A program made the translations under genes and the position numbers. 64,000 bases of DNA from the IMG/VR virus record IMGVR_UViG_3300030019_000003, positions 188,160-252,159 of that record; one strand, 5' to 3'. The notes under the pieces were generated by a model that searched no databases, was not told the DNA's origin, and was given only the letters and a program-made list of their open reading frames with translations. Below are positions 1 through 9,904 of this stretch, piece after piece; the first letter of the stretch is position 1, and each line of letters begins with the position of its first letter.

Positions 1-2
1 AT

Positions 3-944
3 GCTGAAGTAGATATTCACGCTGTTGATACTACTGATGCTGACTATAAAGATTCAAATCTTCTGAACCCATTATGGCTTATCAGTGGTGATTCACACTC
101 TAAAGGTGTTATCAATGGTTCCGGTGGTGAAAGAGGTGAGAACCTAAATGACATCAAAGCAGGTATTCCTAACTATCTTGATGACAAAGGTTTTAAACAT
201 CTTAAAGATGGCGAGTTTCATATTGTTATGTCAGCCCTTGGTGGTGGTTCTGGATCAGTTATAGGACCTATTATTTACAAAGGTCTTGCTGAGAGAAACA
301 TTCCTACGATCTATATCGGTATTGGCGATTCTAGAGATTTCCTACACGGTAATCACACCATCAACACTATCAAAACATTAGAGTCATTTGCTAAAAAAGC
401 AGCTAAAGCATGCAGCTTTATTTATCTTAATAACACGACTGCTGATAAGGTGATGAATGTTGGTGAGGAAAAAGTCAATATGGAGATTAAAAATATCCTA
501 ACCGGGTTAACAATCTTCTTATCTGGTGAGAATCAGTCTTTGGATAATAAAGATATGATTAACCTCATGTGTATGGACGAGTATACCTCTATCGATATTC
601 AACCAGGTATTTATGGTTTGAGTTTAGTGTCTAAAGTCCCTACGCCACCAACAGGTTCTATCCCATTGGTAGCTAGGACATTGACGATTCCAAACATAAG
701 TCCTGATCTTAACATTCAGACTTTCCATCACAAGTACGGCTATGTTAAATCCCCAGAAATCATTGAGATCGTTGAAAAACAACTACCATTACATCTTATC
801 AGCTATGGTAATGTTTTCGGTGCCATTACTCGTGAGATTAACGAGATGGTATCAAAACAAAAAGAAGTGATCAGCTCTATCGTATATGATGGTGTTACTG
901 GATCAGACAGCGCTACTGCAGACGATGACGGTATGTTTATTTAA
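3..944 (+). CDS. phuZ: PhuZ phage tubulin (FtsZ/tubulin GTPase), 5'-truncated by the window edge
   Basis: The frame is open from position 3 (AEVDIHAVDTT...NGSGGERGEN). It has the tubulin signature SALGGGSGS and an acidic-hydrophobic C-terminal tail (DDDGMFI) typical of PhuZ. Confidence 0.9.
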   Translation, partial: AEVDIHAVDTTDADYKDSNLLNPLWLISGDSHSKGVINGSGGERGENLNDIKAGIPNYLDDKGFKHLKDGEFHIVMSALGGGSGSVIGPIIYKGLAERNIPTIYIGIGDSRDFLHGNHTINTIKTLESFAKKAAKACSFIYLNNTTADKVMNVGEEKVNMEIKNILTGLTIFLSGENQSLDNKDMINLMCMDEYTSIDIQPGIYGLSLVSKVPTPPTGSIPLVARTLTIPNISPDLNIQTFHHKYGYVKSPEIIEIVEKQLPLHLISYGNVFGAITREINEMVSKQKEVISSIVYDGVTGSDSATADDDGMFI

Positions 945-952
945 TGTCAAAC

Positions 953-988
953 TAACACTATAGAGAGGGAAGCCTCTCTATAGTGTTA
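953..988. terminator. 16-bp perfect hairpin after phuZ
   Basis: TAACACTATAGAGAGG-GAAG-CCTCTCTATAGTGTTA. Confidence 0.7.
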
Positions 989-1039
989 TGAATATTTTTT
1001 CTATTTCAGGTGTATATATGATAAGAGGGGGGAGTATCT

Positions 1040-1426
1040 ATGGTCACTTATAATAATACAACAGATTGCTTATTAGTAATAGATATCGATGATGTACTAT
1101 TTTCACTCATAAACAATCTAAGAGAACGCAATATTGGAATACTAAAAAAACATGTTGATACTATTGTACTGAACTCAATTGTCTATAGTTTAAACATGTT
1201 TGGATATTTTACAGTAAACTATGAACCTCCATTAACACCAAGATCTTTTAGTGTTATGCGGGGTAGGAATCTTATTTATGATTTCTATACTAGCATACGT
1301 GAAACTATGCTATCTAAAATCTTTAGTATACTTTCAAGTACTCCATTAGTTTTTAATAAAGCTTACTTTATACGGGCTATAACTGTCAATACAAAAATAT
1401 TCATAATATTAACAACTGAAAGGTAA
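1040..1426 (+). CDS. hypothetical protein
   Basis: 128-aa ORF with GGGAG RBS. Confidence 0.7.
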   Translation: MVTYNNTTDCLLVIDIDDVLFSLINNLRERNIGILKKHVDTIVLNSIVYSLNMFGYFTVNYEPPLTPRSFSVMRGRNLIYDFYTSIRETMLSKIFSILSSTPLVFNKAYFIRAITVNTKIFIILTTER

Positions 1427-1431
1427 TACCT

Positions 1432-2145
1432 ATGGGTAGTGAATCACATGTACACAATACTGAATACCGTGAAGAAGAAGGACTCTGCGTTATACGCTAT
1501 ACGCGTAACCCAATGCTTTTGGAAAACAACTATATTATTCGTGAACAAAAAGCTCCGCACCGAACTGTCATTATTGATATTGACAATGAGCTCATCGTTA
1601 TAGAAAATATACTTAAAAAATATATTCCAACTTCAAAATACTGGTGGTTTACAGCGTCTACACGTTATCCTTTAACAGTAGAAGAAAAAATAGCATACTC
1701 TGAAACACATAAGATAGTTAACACGCCTTATTATCCTTTTATAGGATTGCCTATCGTATTAGAGATACTTAAAAATATGGCTGTTGTAAACAGTGATGCT
1801 TATGAGCTATATTTTGGTAATCCTGTGCTAGATAAAAAAGAAGCTATCGTGTATGCCAATAGGGATAGAGTTAATACACAGCATGTTAATATAGTATTAG
1901 ACTATATCGAAGATAACTCATCTGTTAATCTTAGGAATAGTGAACTTCTGAATGATGTGTCCTTTATAGTCAAGATTGTTGAAGAATTATTTACAAATAA
2001 GATAGCTTCTTTAGCGGCTGCATTTACAACGCACATCATTGATTTTAATGTTACTGGCAAGTATGTTGTTATGTACAGTTATGGCGAAGCAGGATTAATT
2101 AGACTAGATGAAGCTACGGAGGTGATACGTGAGCGAGTATCTTAA
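1432..2145 (+). CDS. hypothetical protein
   Basis: 237-aa ORF, AAGG RBS, operon packing. Confidence 0.7.
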   Translation: MGSESHVHNTEYREEEGLCVIRYTRNPMLLENNYIIREQKAPHRTVIIDIDNELIVIENILKKYIPTSKYWWFTASTRYPLTVEEKIAYSETHKIVNTPYYPFIGLPIVLEILKNMAVVNSDAYELYFGNPVLDKKEAIVYANRDRVNTQHVNIVLDYIEDNSSVNLRNSELLNDVSFIVKIVEELFTNKIASLAAAFTTHIIDFNVTGKYVVMYSYGEAGLIRLDEATEVIRERVS

Positions 2146-2716
2146 TAACCCAGATGTTCTTTACAGTATAGAGGATATGTACAGCCCTAAGAAAGCTAAA
2201 AAAGAGATGTTGGTTATACCTGCGGATATGCTACTTGAATTACTTCCTGAGAAGTTCCTGCCATTATGCACTACTGCATACGCAGTTTTAACTTCAGATG
2301 AAAAGAATATGATACAAGCTGGTTTACTGGAAGGTCTTATACGATTTATCACTACCTTTGGTTATGACGATTTATCAGTATGCCGAGTTAACCAACAATT
2401 TGTAAATACCTTTATTTCTATTTACTCTTATATTACAGAGATACACTTTATAACGTATAATATTCTTGATATATCCTTAACAGAGAGTCAGGTGTACGAA
2501 TATGTTTTCTTATTGAGACAAGCTGTTAATGATTTGCTACATAATAATAACGTTGGATATAAAGATCTATCCGCAGCTGAGGATCCATCTGAGTTTAACA
2601 TGTGCATGAAGTATTATGTTTATCTTGATGCTGATATTTCGTTAATAACAGATAACCATAAGAAGCAACCTTATTGTAACCTGTTTATAAAAAGGGTTAC
2701 CTGTGCGCGAAATTAA
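2129..2716 (+). CDS. hypothetical protein
   Basis: GGAGG RBS, GTG start, overlaps upstream stop. Confidence 0.7.
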   Translation: MSEYLNNPDVLYSIEDMYSPKKAKKEMLVIPADMLLELLPEKFLPLCTTAYAVLTSDEKNMIQAGLLEGLIRFITTFGYDDLSVCRVNQQFVNTFISIYSYITEIHFITYNILDISLTESQVYEYVFLLRQAVNDLLHNNNVGYKDLSAAEDPSEFNMCMKYYVYLDADISLITDNHKKQPYCNLFIKRVTCARN

Positions 2717-3143
2717 AACAACCGTTATTGAAATTAACCTAACAAGGCTTATGGGTCTAACTGGCAATATGATCCAAGACAGTCCAATAGAGTTGGAACT
2801 TATACCCTTATATAAGTATAGACATACAGAGGATAGCAACACGTACACATTGTTCACAAACATCGTATTAGAAAAGTTATATGGCTCTGTTAAAAACTAT
2901 ACCCTAAGTGATATATACACGTTCATACCTAAAAAACGTTATGAACATTGTTTCTTAAACTTTGTTCATACGTTGGAGATATTTATACTTAATAAGATAC
3001 GACCTAATCCACTGGATATTGTGTTTCTTAAGTATAAAGTATTTACTAAAGAAAGTATCATTGCTATCTTTAGAGTTGATTTTCTTAAGGAGAATTATAA
3101 TGACGCTTTACCCATCGCTACTGACTCAGTATGTGCCGGATAA
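2703..3143 (+). CDS. hypothetical protein
   Basis: 146-aa ORF coupled to neighbours. Confidence 0.6.
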   Translation: MREIKTTVIEINLTRLMGLTGNMIQDSPIELELIPLYKYRHTEDSNTYTLFTNIVLEKLYGSVKNYTLSDIYTFIPKKRYEHCFLNFVHTLEIFILNKIRPNPLDIVFLKYKVFTKESIIAIFRVDFLKENYNDALPIATDSVCAG

Positions 3144-3609
3144 GATATCGTTTCTAGAATTTTCAGCAGTAGATCTATCTGACTTTGCCAATATTATTAT
3201 GGGGGTACTTTCTAAAAACTACTCATATGACAAGGGCACACTTCTTAATATTACTTTTTGTTTATTAGAATATGTTGCGATGGATTCAACTGAAGAAAAT
3301 ACTGATGCTGATACAGGGTTCTCTATTATTAGTTATCATATGGAATACACCTTTGGATATAAAGTAACTGAGAAAGTATTAAGAAAACTATCGCCTGTCT
3401 TTGAACAAGCTTTAAAACGTATTCGAATCGTTACATCCACATGCTTTAAAGACAATAACTCTGTTACTCCAAAATGCTGGCTGTATGACGATATGACAGG
3501 TACGTTTAAACTCTATCTCTTATCAGAGAGAAAGTATAAATATAACAGTGAGCTAATTGTTAATATTGCCGATAGAGTATATGATAGCATTCATAAGATA
3601 AGGAATTAA
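3100..3609 (+). CDS. hypothetical protein (start re-called to ATG 3100)
   Basis: AAGGAG RBS precedes ATG at 3100; the track start at 2962 overlaps the previous gene extensively. Confidence 0.65.
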   Translation: MTLYPSLLTQYVPDKISFLEFSAVDLSDFANIIMGVLSKNYSYDKGTLLNITFCLLEYVAMDSTEENTDADTGFSIISYHMEYTFGYKVTEKVLRKLSPVFEQALKRIRIVTSTCFKDNNSVTPKCWLYDDMTGTFKLYLLSERKYKYNSELIVNIADRVYDSIHKIRN

Positions 3610-3610
3610 A

Positions 3611-4114
3611 ATGACCGATTTATCCTTAACCTTATATGGTGCTGAGGAGTATAAGCAGACTAAGTTTGAATATGAGGAAGGTATTAGATATACTATTGAT
3701 TTAACCGATATTTTTATCATTCATGAGCATCTCTTTAAAGAAGAGGGTATGTCCATTACCGATACTGTTATGACGTTTAAATTTCTAGTAGAAGAGTACC
3801 TCCTAGCCATACGAGAACATGCAGATGTAAATACTTTTTTACAAGCAAGTAAAAGTGATTGGTTTGCTTTGAAGTACGCAACCTGGGCAAGTGAGAATAT
3901 TGTTGAGATACCTGATGTATCACATCATGGATTTATGAAACTTTATACTGAACCTTTTTATTATCAAAAATTGATAGGTGAAATCACTGAACGTATTTTA
4001 CTTCTTTGCAATCCAGATGATCTTGGCCGTAGATTAATAACAATACCTGAAGAATGGTATATCATGCATAATAAGCATGATATTGTTTTTGTAAAATTAA
4101 AACTAATACTGTAA
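3611..4114 (+). CDS. hypothetical protein
   Basis: 167-aa ORF, AAGGA RBS. Confidence 0.7.
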   Translation: MTDLSLTLYGAEEYKQTKFEYEEGIRYTIDLTDIFIIHEHLFKEEGMSITDTVMTFKFLVEEYLLAIREHADVNTFLQASKSDWFALKYATWASENIVEIPDVSHHGFMKLYTEPFYYQKLIGEITERILLLCNPDDLGRRLITIPEEWYIMHNKHDIVFVKLKLIL

Positions 4115-4124
4115 GGAGTATCCT

Positions 4125-4502
4125 ATGAATGATAAACAGTATCTTCATATACCACATCCAGAGATGTTAACAATGTATTTGACATCTAACGGTATCATGA
4201 TGCATACAGAGTTTACTAAAGTATTTTACGAAGAAGTACTTCATCTTGGTCCATCACGTATTTATGACACTGTTGGAGATGACTTTAGAGCTCTTCTAGA
4301 AGATAAGACTTATAGGTTAGCCCTGCAGAAAACTCCCTTAGGTTTGGTTGAGTGTGAAAAAGTTATCAAGACTACTTTGGATGTACTACTACAATATATC
4401 CCTATAAGTCGTATAACCGATTATATTCATATCATCGACATTAAAGATACGCTCATTAATCTTGAGCTTGAAACTATTAATCTTGAATTAGAAAAAACAT
4501 AG
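4125..4502 (+). CDS. hypothetical protein
   Basis: 125-aa ORF, AAGGAG RBS. Confidence 0.7.
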   Translation: MNDKQYLHIPHPEMLTMYLTSNGIMMHTEFTKVFYEEVLHLGPSRIYDTVGDDFRALLEDKTYRLALQKTPLGLVECEKVIKTTLDVLLQYIPISRITDYIHIIDIKDTLINLELETINLELEKT

Positions 4503-4511
4503 GAGTGACAC

Positions 4512-4916
4512 GTGGCTGAAGCAAAAACTTTCGAGTTAGGTAAGAGTTATGATTTTGAAACCCTAGCTCCCATTATATTAAATGCTAGTTATAAAAACGT
4601 CAGAGTTTTACAGATGATGCTTGCAGAGAAGGCTATAACTGAAGGTGATGTTGTCACAACACATGAGGTTTTAAAAGCGTATATCTCTGGATTACCAAAC
4701 TCTATAAATGATTGTTCTTTTATACAATTTGTTACTCAAGATGGTGTTGAGTTTATTCTTGCTAAAGAATATATCAATCCTTACAGTATCGTACAAGTTA
4801 CTAAAACAAATCTTGTGTTAACTGCCGTTAGTGTAACCTCTACGGATATCGCTAACGTCTTAAATGTCGTAAAAGAACTCGGTATTAGTTATACCTATAC
4901 TACAGTAACAGAGTAG
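4512..4916 (+). CDS. hypothetical protein, probably conserved in phiKZ-like phages
   Basis: AGGAG RBS, GTG start, directly upstream of the DNA polymerase gene. Confidence 0.65.
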   Translation: MAEAKTFELGKSYDFETLAPIILNASYKNVRVLQMMLAEKAITEGDVVTTHEVLKAYISGLPNSINDCSFIQFVTQDGVEFILAKEYINPYSIVQVTKTNLVLTAVSVTSTDIANVLNVVKELGISYTYTTVTE

Positions 4917-4941
4917 ATCCTTTAAGGATCTACTCTGTTAC
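4905..4941. terminator. 16-bp hairpin overlapping the stop codon
   Basis: GTAACAGAGTAGATCC-TTTAA-GGATCTACTCTGTTAC. Confidence 0.65.
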
Positions 4942-5015
4942 AATTTTCCTCACAGCTTTCTTTTTTGATTTAGGCACTAGTATGAAAATATGAGTTAAAA
5001 CACAAGGGGAAATAT

Positions 5016-7214
5016 ATGGATTCTGAAGTAACAGATATTAATAATCTATATAATGAAAAGTATGATCCGTATATATTTAAACGTGCCAATACGGCTTATG
5101 ATATTCATCTTTCACCTGTAAGTGAGTATTTTAAACAAAGTACCTCTTATATTAGTAAGATGACAGGTATGTCAGATGAGCTAGCTAATAAATGGGTTAA
5201 AAAAGCTTTAAAAACATTTAAATTAAAAAATCCAGAAGTAACCTATAATGAGAAACAAGAAAATGGTGATATGGAAGTTAGTAGTTGTAAACTTACAGAT
5301 TATATTAAAAATGTTTTAGCTTCAGGAGATGTTGTCGTACCCTCTTTTACAACATACATGCATCCTAGCAAAGAGAAAAGTCTACACGCTGACTTCTTGT
5401 CTATCAACATTGCTGCACGTAAATCTGATAAGAAGATGTCTCATAAGTTTGAACAAGCTTCAGAATCTGAAACAGCAACTCCTTCTGAAAAAGCTACTGC
5501 TAAAGATAAAGCATTATACTATGAGGTTATGCAGAAAACTCGTAAGGTTGCAAACAACTCATTATCAGGAGCATATGCTAGTAAATCATCTATCTTATTC
5601 AATCCATCAGCGCACTATACCTTAACCAGTATGACACGTTGTGTCGCTAGTATTGGTAATGCCATTACTGAATCTATGGTAGCAGGTAATAAGATGTTTA
5701 AAACACCCCAGGTAGTTTTAAATTATTTGGTTGCTATTGTAAGTAATATTAGTAAAGCTAAGGTTAACTATGCTTTACACAAATATAACTTACATGTTCC
5801 TACGCCAGAAGAGATTCTTAAAAGTATTAAACTAAGTTCTGATAGGTATTGGCTTAACGCTGAGACAGATCAAGAGGTACTTGATTATTTAAATAAACTT
5901 GATGATGCTGAAAGAGCTGCTGTGCTCTATACTAACGATATGTGGAATATGCGTAACTATAATGAAGATGTTGTGCGTATCCTAATAAGGCGAATGATTA
6001 AACGTGTTGAAAAAGGTTCCGTTAACCAACTTGATGATTTATACCATTCACCTGAAGGTGTTACAACTACAGCTCACTTTATTTGTGCTAATGAAATCAA
6101 AGGTAAGAATATAGAATACGATAAGATGGTTGGATCAGAATTATTAGAAACATTAGCCTCTACAACACGTAATATTTCTACGTGGTTGATATATTATAAA
6201 CCTTTAATAGAAGCTTTCTTTACAACAGATATTTTACCATTGGATATTACCTATATTAGAGAGATGCTGCGTGATGTTATCGTGTTATCAGATACTGATA
6301 GTACATGTGGCTCTTACGATGAATGGGTACGTTGGTATTGTGGTGAGGATAACTTTGAAACGGTAGGGTCGTCTGTTGCGGCATGTGTTATGATGTTTAA
6401 TACACAAGCTATGGATCATAACATTAAACAGTTTGCACGTAATATGAATATTGATCCTGATAGGGTAGAACTTCTTAAGATGAAAAATGAATTCTATTGG
6501 CCAGTGTTTATTACGGCTAATAAGAATAAACATTATTTTGCTATGACCGCTGTTAAAGAAGGTAATGTTTTTGCTAAACCGAAACTAGAACGTAAAGGCG
6601 TCCATCTTATTGCTTCTGCTATTGATCAAGATCTTGTTAAAGTAAGTGAAGAGATGATGATAGAGGTCTCTAATAAGATTATTAAAAGAGAAGGTATTAA
6701 TCTTTTTAGTTATGTTAAAAGAATAGCAGATATAGAAAGAGAGATTATACGTAAAATAGATAGCGGCGCTGTTAGTATGTATAAGCTTGAAAAAGTTAAG
6801 AATAAAGATAGCTACAAGAACGATGAAGACAAATCTCCTTATATGCATCACATTGTATGGCGAGAGGTCTTTGCTGCCAAATATGGGTCAGCAGGTGATC
6901 CTATGTACATGGTTGTTAAAATACCTTTAAAAATAAAAGGTAAGAATGAATTGAAAGCATTTATGGAAAGTATCAAAGATACTGATATACGTGAACGTTG
7001 GTTGAAACTACTGGATGATTATGATAAAGATAGTATTGGTACTTTTAAACCTCCTGTTATGATTGTGAATACACGTGGTATTCCTGAAGAAGTCAAAGCG
7101 GTTATTGATATTAAACGTATTGTTTTTGATAACTGTACCGTATTCTATAACATCCTAGAGTCATTAGGCTTTTATAGAAAACCTAAGATGATGATTTGTG
7201 AGATGGGTTACTAG
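5016..7214 (+). CDS. Family B DNA polymerase catalytic subunit (phiKZ gp50-like split polymerase)
   Basis: Motif B variant KVANNSLSG, motif C VLSDTDS, KNKHY and KG motifs; no N-terminal exonuclease domain recognised. Confidence 0.85.
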   Translation: MDSEVTDINNLYNEKYDPYIFKRANTAYDIHLSPVSEYFKQSTSYISKMTGMSDELANKWVKKALKTFKLKNPEVTYNEKQENGDMEVSSCKLTDYIKNVLASGDVVVPSFTTYMHPSKEKSLHADFLSINIAARKSDKKMSHKFEQASESETATPSEKATAKDKALYYEVMQKTRKVANNSLSGAYASKSSILFNPSAHYTLTSMTRCVASIGNAITESMVAGNKMFKTPQVVLNYLVAIVSNISKAKVNYALHKYNLHVPTPEEILKSIKLSSDRYWLNAETDQEVLDYLNKLDDAERAAVLYTNDMWNMRNYNEDVVRILIRRMIKRVEKGSVNQLDDLYHSPEGVTTTAHFICANEIKGKNIEYDKMVGSELLETLASTTRNISTWLIYYKPLIEAFFTTDILPLDITYIREMLRDVIVLSDTDSTCGSYDEWVRWYCGEDNFETVGSSVAACVMMFNTQAMDHNIKQFARNMNIDPDRVELLKMKNEFYWPVFITANKNKHYFAMTAVKEGNVFAKPKLERKGVHLIASAIDQDLVKVSEEMMIEVSNKIIKREGINLFSYVKRIADIEREIIRKIDSGAVSMYKLEKVKNKDSYKNDEDKSPYMHHIVWREVFAAKYGSAGDPMYMVVKIPLKIKGKNELKAFMESIKDTDIRERWLKLLDDYDKDSIGTFKPPVMIVNTRGIPEEVKAVIDIKRIVFDNCTVFYNILESLGFYRKPKMMICEMGY

Positions 7215-7235
7215 TTTAAATAAAAAAGGAATAAC

Positions 7236-8030
7236 ATGGGGTATGATAAAAGTATATCCTTTTATGGCATAGGTATCGTAGCTAAGAATAAAGAAGTTAA
7301 TAGTCTCTATATAGAAGTAACACCTACAGAGACTATGCCTACTATGGATGGTGAGCTTGGTAAACAAAATATTGTAACCTCTGAGTCTACAGATTCTTCT
7401 GGAAATGCCAGTATTAGTAAAGTAGATAAAACAGGAGCTATAACCGCAAGGTGGCTGAATGATAATACCAGTAATGTTATCTCACCACCTCAAGTACGTG
7501 TAGGTGAGCAGGTTAAGCTTTATGTATTAGCAGGTGGTAATGAGTATGGTTGGAAAACCTTAGGTTCTGATCACGATCTAAGAGATCGTGATCGCTATAT
7601 CGTATTTGCTTCTAGTAAACCTGAGAAGTCTTCTGACTGGATAACTAAAGGTTATTACGTATTGCTAGACGCTATTGATAAAAAAGTACAAATACATACT
7701 TCTACTGCTGATAGTGAACCAGTAGGATTTGATATGGTGTTTGATACTAAAGAAGGTGCATTCTTTTTGGTTGATACACTTGGTAACTATATCAAGCTAG
7801 ACTCTGTTAAAGGTAACTACGAGATTGGTCTTATTAATAAGATGGATATAAAGCTTAAAAAGTTCTCTGTTGATAATGGTACATGTAATCTAGTACAAAC
7901 TCTTTCTGATCTATGCTCTGTATTAATAGCACAGTCACACATAGATAGCATGCGCGGGCATACAACTATTTCACCAGAGACTAAGAGTGCCATAGAAGGC
8001 ATAAAGTCTAAATTAAATACATTTATATAA
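7236..8030 (+). CDS. putative baseplate spike / gpV-like protein
   Basis: OB-fold-like PPQVRVGEQVKLY, beta-rich middle region, His-containing C-terminal segment (SHIDSMRGHT). Confidence 0.5.
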   Translation: MGYDKSISFYGIGIVAKNKEVNSLYIEVTPTETMPTMDGELGKQNIVTSESTDSSGNASISKVDKTGAITARWLNDNTSNVISPPQVRVGEQVKLYVLAGGNEYGWKTLGSDHDLRDRDRYIVFASSKPEKSSDWITKGYYVLLDAIDKKVQIHTSTADSEPVGFDMVFDTKEGAFFLVDTLGNYIKLDSVKGNYEIGLINKMDIKLKKFSVDNGTCNLVQTLSDLCSVLIAQSHIDSMRGHTTISPETKSAIEGIKSKLNTFI

Positions 8031-8041
8031 AGGATAAAAAT

Positions 8042-8359
8042 ATGCATGAGAGTACAGTTGAGGCGTTATTAAAATTAAGAAAAGCTTGGGCACCACGTTT
8101 AACGCCAGAGTTGATAGATGCTGCTATTATTAAAGAGAGCTATTTAATCTTTCCAGAGACAACTGTTACCGTATGCTGTTTAACACTTGTAAATGGCTTT
8201 AACGTAGTTGGGTATAGCAGTTGTGCCTCTATAGAGAATTTTAATAAAGAGATAGGCGAGAAAGTTGCTAGAACTAATGCTAGAGATAAAATCTGGGATC
8301 TAGAAGGTTATCTTCTTAAACAAAAACTGTATGAGGACGCACAAAATGTCACTGCCTAA
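8042..8359 (+). CDS. Phage Gp49/66-family protein (candidate nucleotide sponge)
   Basis: TVTVCCLTLVNGFNVVGYSSCASIENFNKEIG...KIWDLEGYLL matches the family pattern. Confidence 0.75.
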   Translation: MHESTVEALLKLRKAWAPRLTPELIDAAIIKESYLIFPETTVTVCCLTLVNGFNVVGYSSCASIENFNKEIGEKVARTNARDKIWDLEGYLLKQKLYEDAQNVTA

Positions 8360-8975
8360 TACATATGTTATACCGCCTATCGGTACTAAAGGTGTCTTTA
8401 GTTTTAAAGCACCTTTTGATACAGTAGATAAGATAGGAGCTACAGAGGAGTTAACGGTTACAGCGGTAAGATCTCTTATTGAGTTGGTTAACTCTGATGA
8501 GAAACCCTACGATACTATTTATACACCAATAGGTTTAACAATTACTGAGTATAAAGAGGATCTTGATACTAATGTACCTATCATTGTTTTAATCAAAACA
8601 AACGGCGATCACTTTTATGTCCCGGCAGATAGAATAAAAAGTCTTCCTGACATTTCAGGTTATAGATATCGTAAGGTTATGATAGGTATGAATTTAGGTT
8701 CTTTACCAATGGATTATGATCTTACTTTACTTAAGGCTAACCTTGAAAGTTCTGTTAAAGAGAGTACGGGTATAGTGACCGTAGCCACGGCTATTCCTAT
8801 GTCGGCTATTACTTACGTAACTGCTGCAGAGCATAATAAGCTAAAAGCCTTATTAGAGAATAAATCTTCTGTTGATTTATCTTATAAAACTCTTTATGAA
8901 CAACAGCTCTCGCTTAACACCACATTAAAAACTACAATTACCTCTCTAGAAAATGAATTGAAGAAACATGTATAA
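8346..8975 (+). CDS. hypothetical protein (phiKZ-like, possibly virion)
   Basis: GAGG RBS before ATG 8346; C-terminal coiled coil. Confidence 0.6.
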   Translation: MSLPNTYVIPPIGTKGVFSFKAPFDTVDKIGATEELTVTAVRSLIELVNSDEKPYDTIYTPIGLTITEYKEDLDTNVPIIVLIKTNGDHFYVPADRIKSLPDISGYRYRKVMIGMNLGSLPMDYDLTLLKANLESSVKESTGIVTVATAIPMSAITYVTAAEHNKLKALLENKSSVDLSYKTLYEQQLSLNTTLKTTITSLENELKKHV

Positions 8976-9005
8976 CACTACAGAGACATTGTCTCTGTAG
9001 TGTTA
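8973..9005. terminator. hairpin between convergent genes
   Basis: TAACACTACAGAGAC-ATT-GTCTCTGTAGTGTTA. Confidence 0.7.
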
Positions 9006-9010
9006 TTTTC

Positions 9011-9835
9011 TTAACTGTTGATTGGTAACATACTTTTTATAAAAGCTGATTTAGATATGTTGTTATTAAAGAAGGCAACTTTCTTCCAGCGTTTTAATTC
9101 ATCTGCATAGATTTGTGCTGCATCAGAATATTCATCTATTGTTTCTTTTACAGTAGAGAGCTCATGACCACCTAGAACATAACCCTTATCTAACTTTATT
9201 CTAAGATGTTTAAAAATATACATCTTGATACATGCTACAACAAGATCCCCAAAAGCTAGATAAGATCTTGGATTAATATTTTCAAGATTCTTACTATTCT
9301 CTACAGTACATTTTAGGACACCTGTTGTAATCATAAAGTTAGGTTCTTCTACAATGATAGTATTCTCACCTATAACTTCTAATCGCGCTGTTTGGACTAT
9401 GTTAAGATCGCTTAGCGCATTCATCATTTTTAATCCAGCTGTTAGCATAGGAGAAACCGTTAAGTTATTAAAACCATCATACCACATATTGCTGTTATTA
9501 GAAAAATAGGAATTAGCGTACATTGTGTTAGTAGAAAGAATAGTGTTAGCACTAACGATACTGGCACCGTTAGTAAGTGATTTAGGTATTTCTAGAATAA
9601 ATTTAGTAGGTTCTAATCTGCGAACATTCGCAGGTGAAAAGGGTACGACTAGGTCAATACCGCCAACAATGTTACAGTCTATTAATACCTTAGGACGTAT
9701 AACCTTACACATTATTCGTTCATCAATACTGATGACTTGATTTACCCTGTGTGTATTATCTATAAAGGCTATTTCTAAAACTTCTTCAGGTATTCTAAAA
9801 TGGATTTCATTAAGTCCATAAAGTATTGCATTCAT
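9011..9835 (-). CDS. conserved jumbo-phage protein, probably virion structural
   Basis: 274-aa ORF with GAGGA RBS; the N-terminus (EIHFRIPEEVLEIAF) resembles phiKZ-like structural proteins from memory. Confidence 0.55.
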   Translation of the reverse strand: MNAILYGLNEIHFRIPEEVLEIAFIDNTHRVNQVISIDERIMCKVIRPKVLIDCNIVGGIDLVVPFSPANVRRLEPTKFILEIPKSLTNGASIVSANTILSTNTMYANSYFSNNSNMWYDGFNNLTVSPMLTAGLKMMNALSDLNIVQTARLEVIGENTIIVEEPNFMITTGVLKCTVENSKNLENINPRSYLAFGDLVVACIKMYIFKHLRIKLDKGYVLGGHELSTVKETIDEYSDAAQIYADELKRWKKVAFFNNNISKSAFIKSMLPINS

Positions 9836-9863
9836 GATGATCCTCTCATGGTGATAATATCAA

Positions 9864-9898
9864 CTAAGATAGTACTGGATTATCCAGTACTATCTTAG
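9864..9898. terminator. near-perfect palindromic hairpin
   Basis: CTAAGATAGTACTGGAT-T-ATCCAGTACTATCTTAG. Confidence 0.65.
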
Positions 9899-9904
9899 CA
9901 TTAT

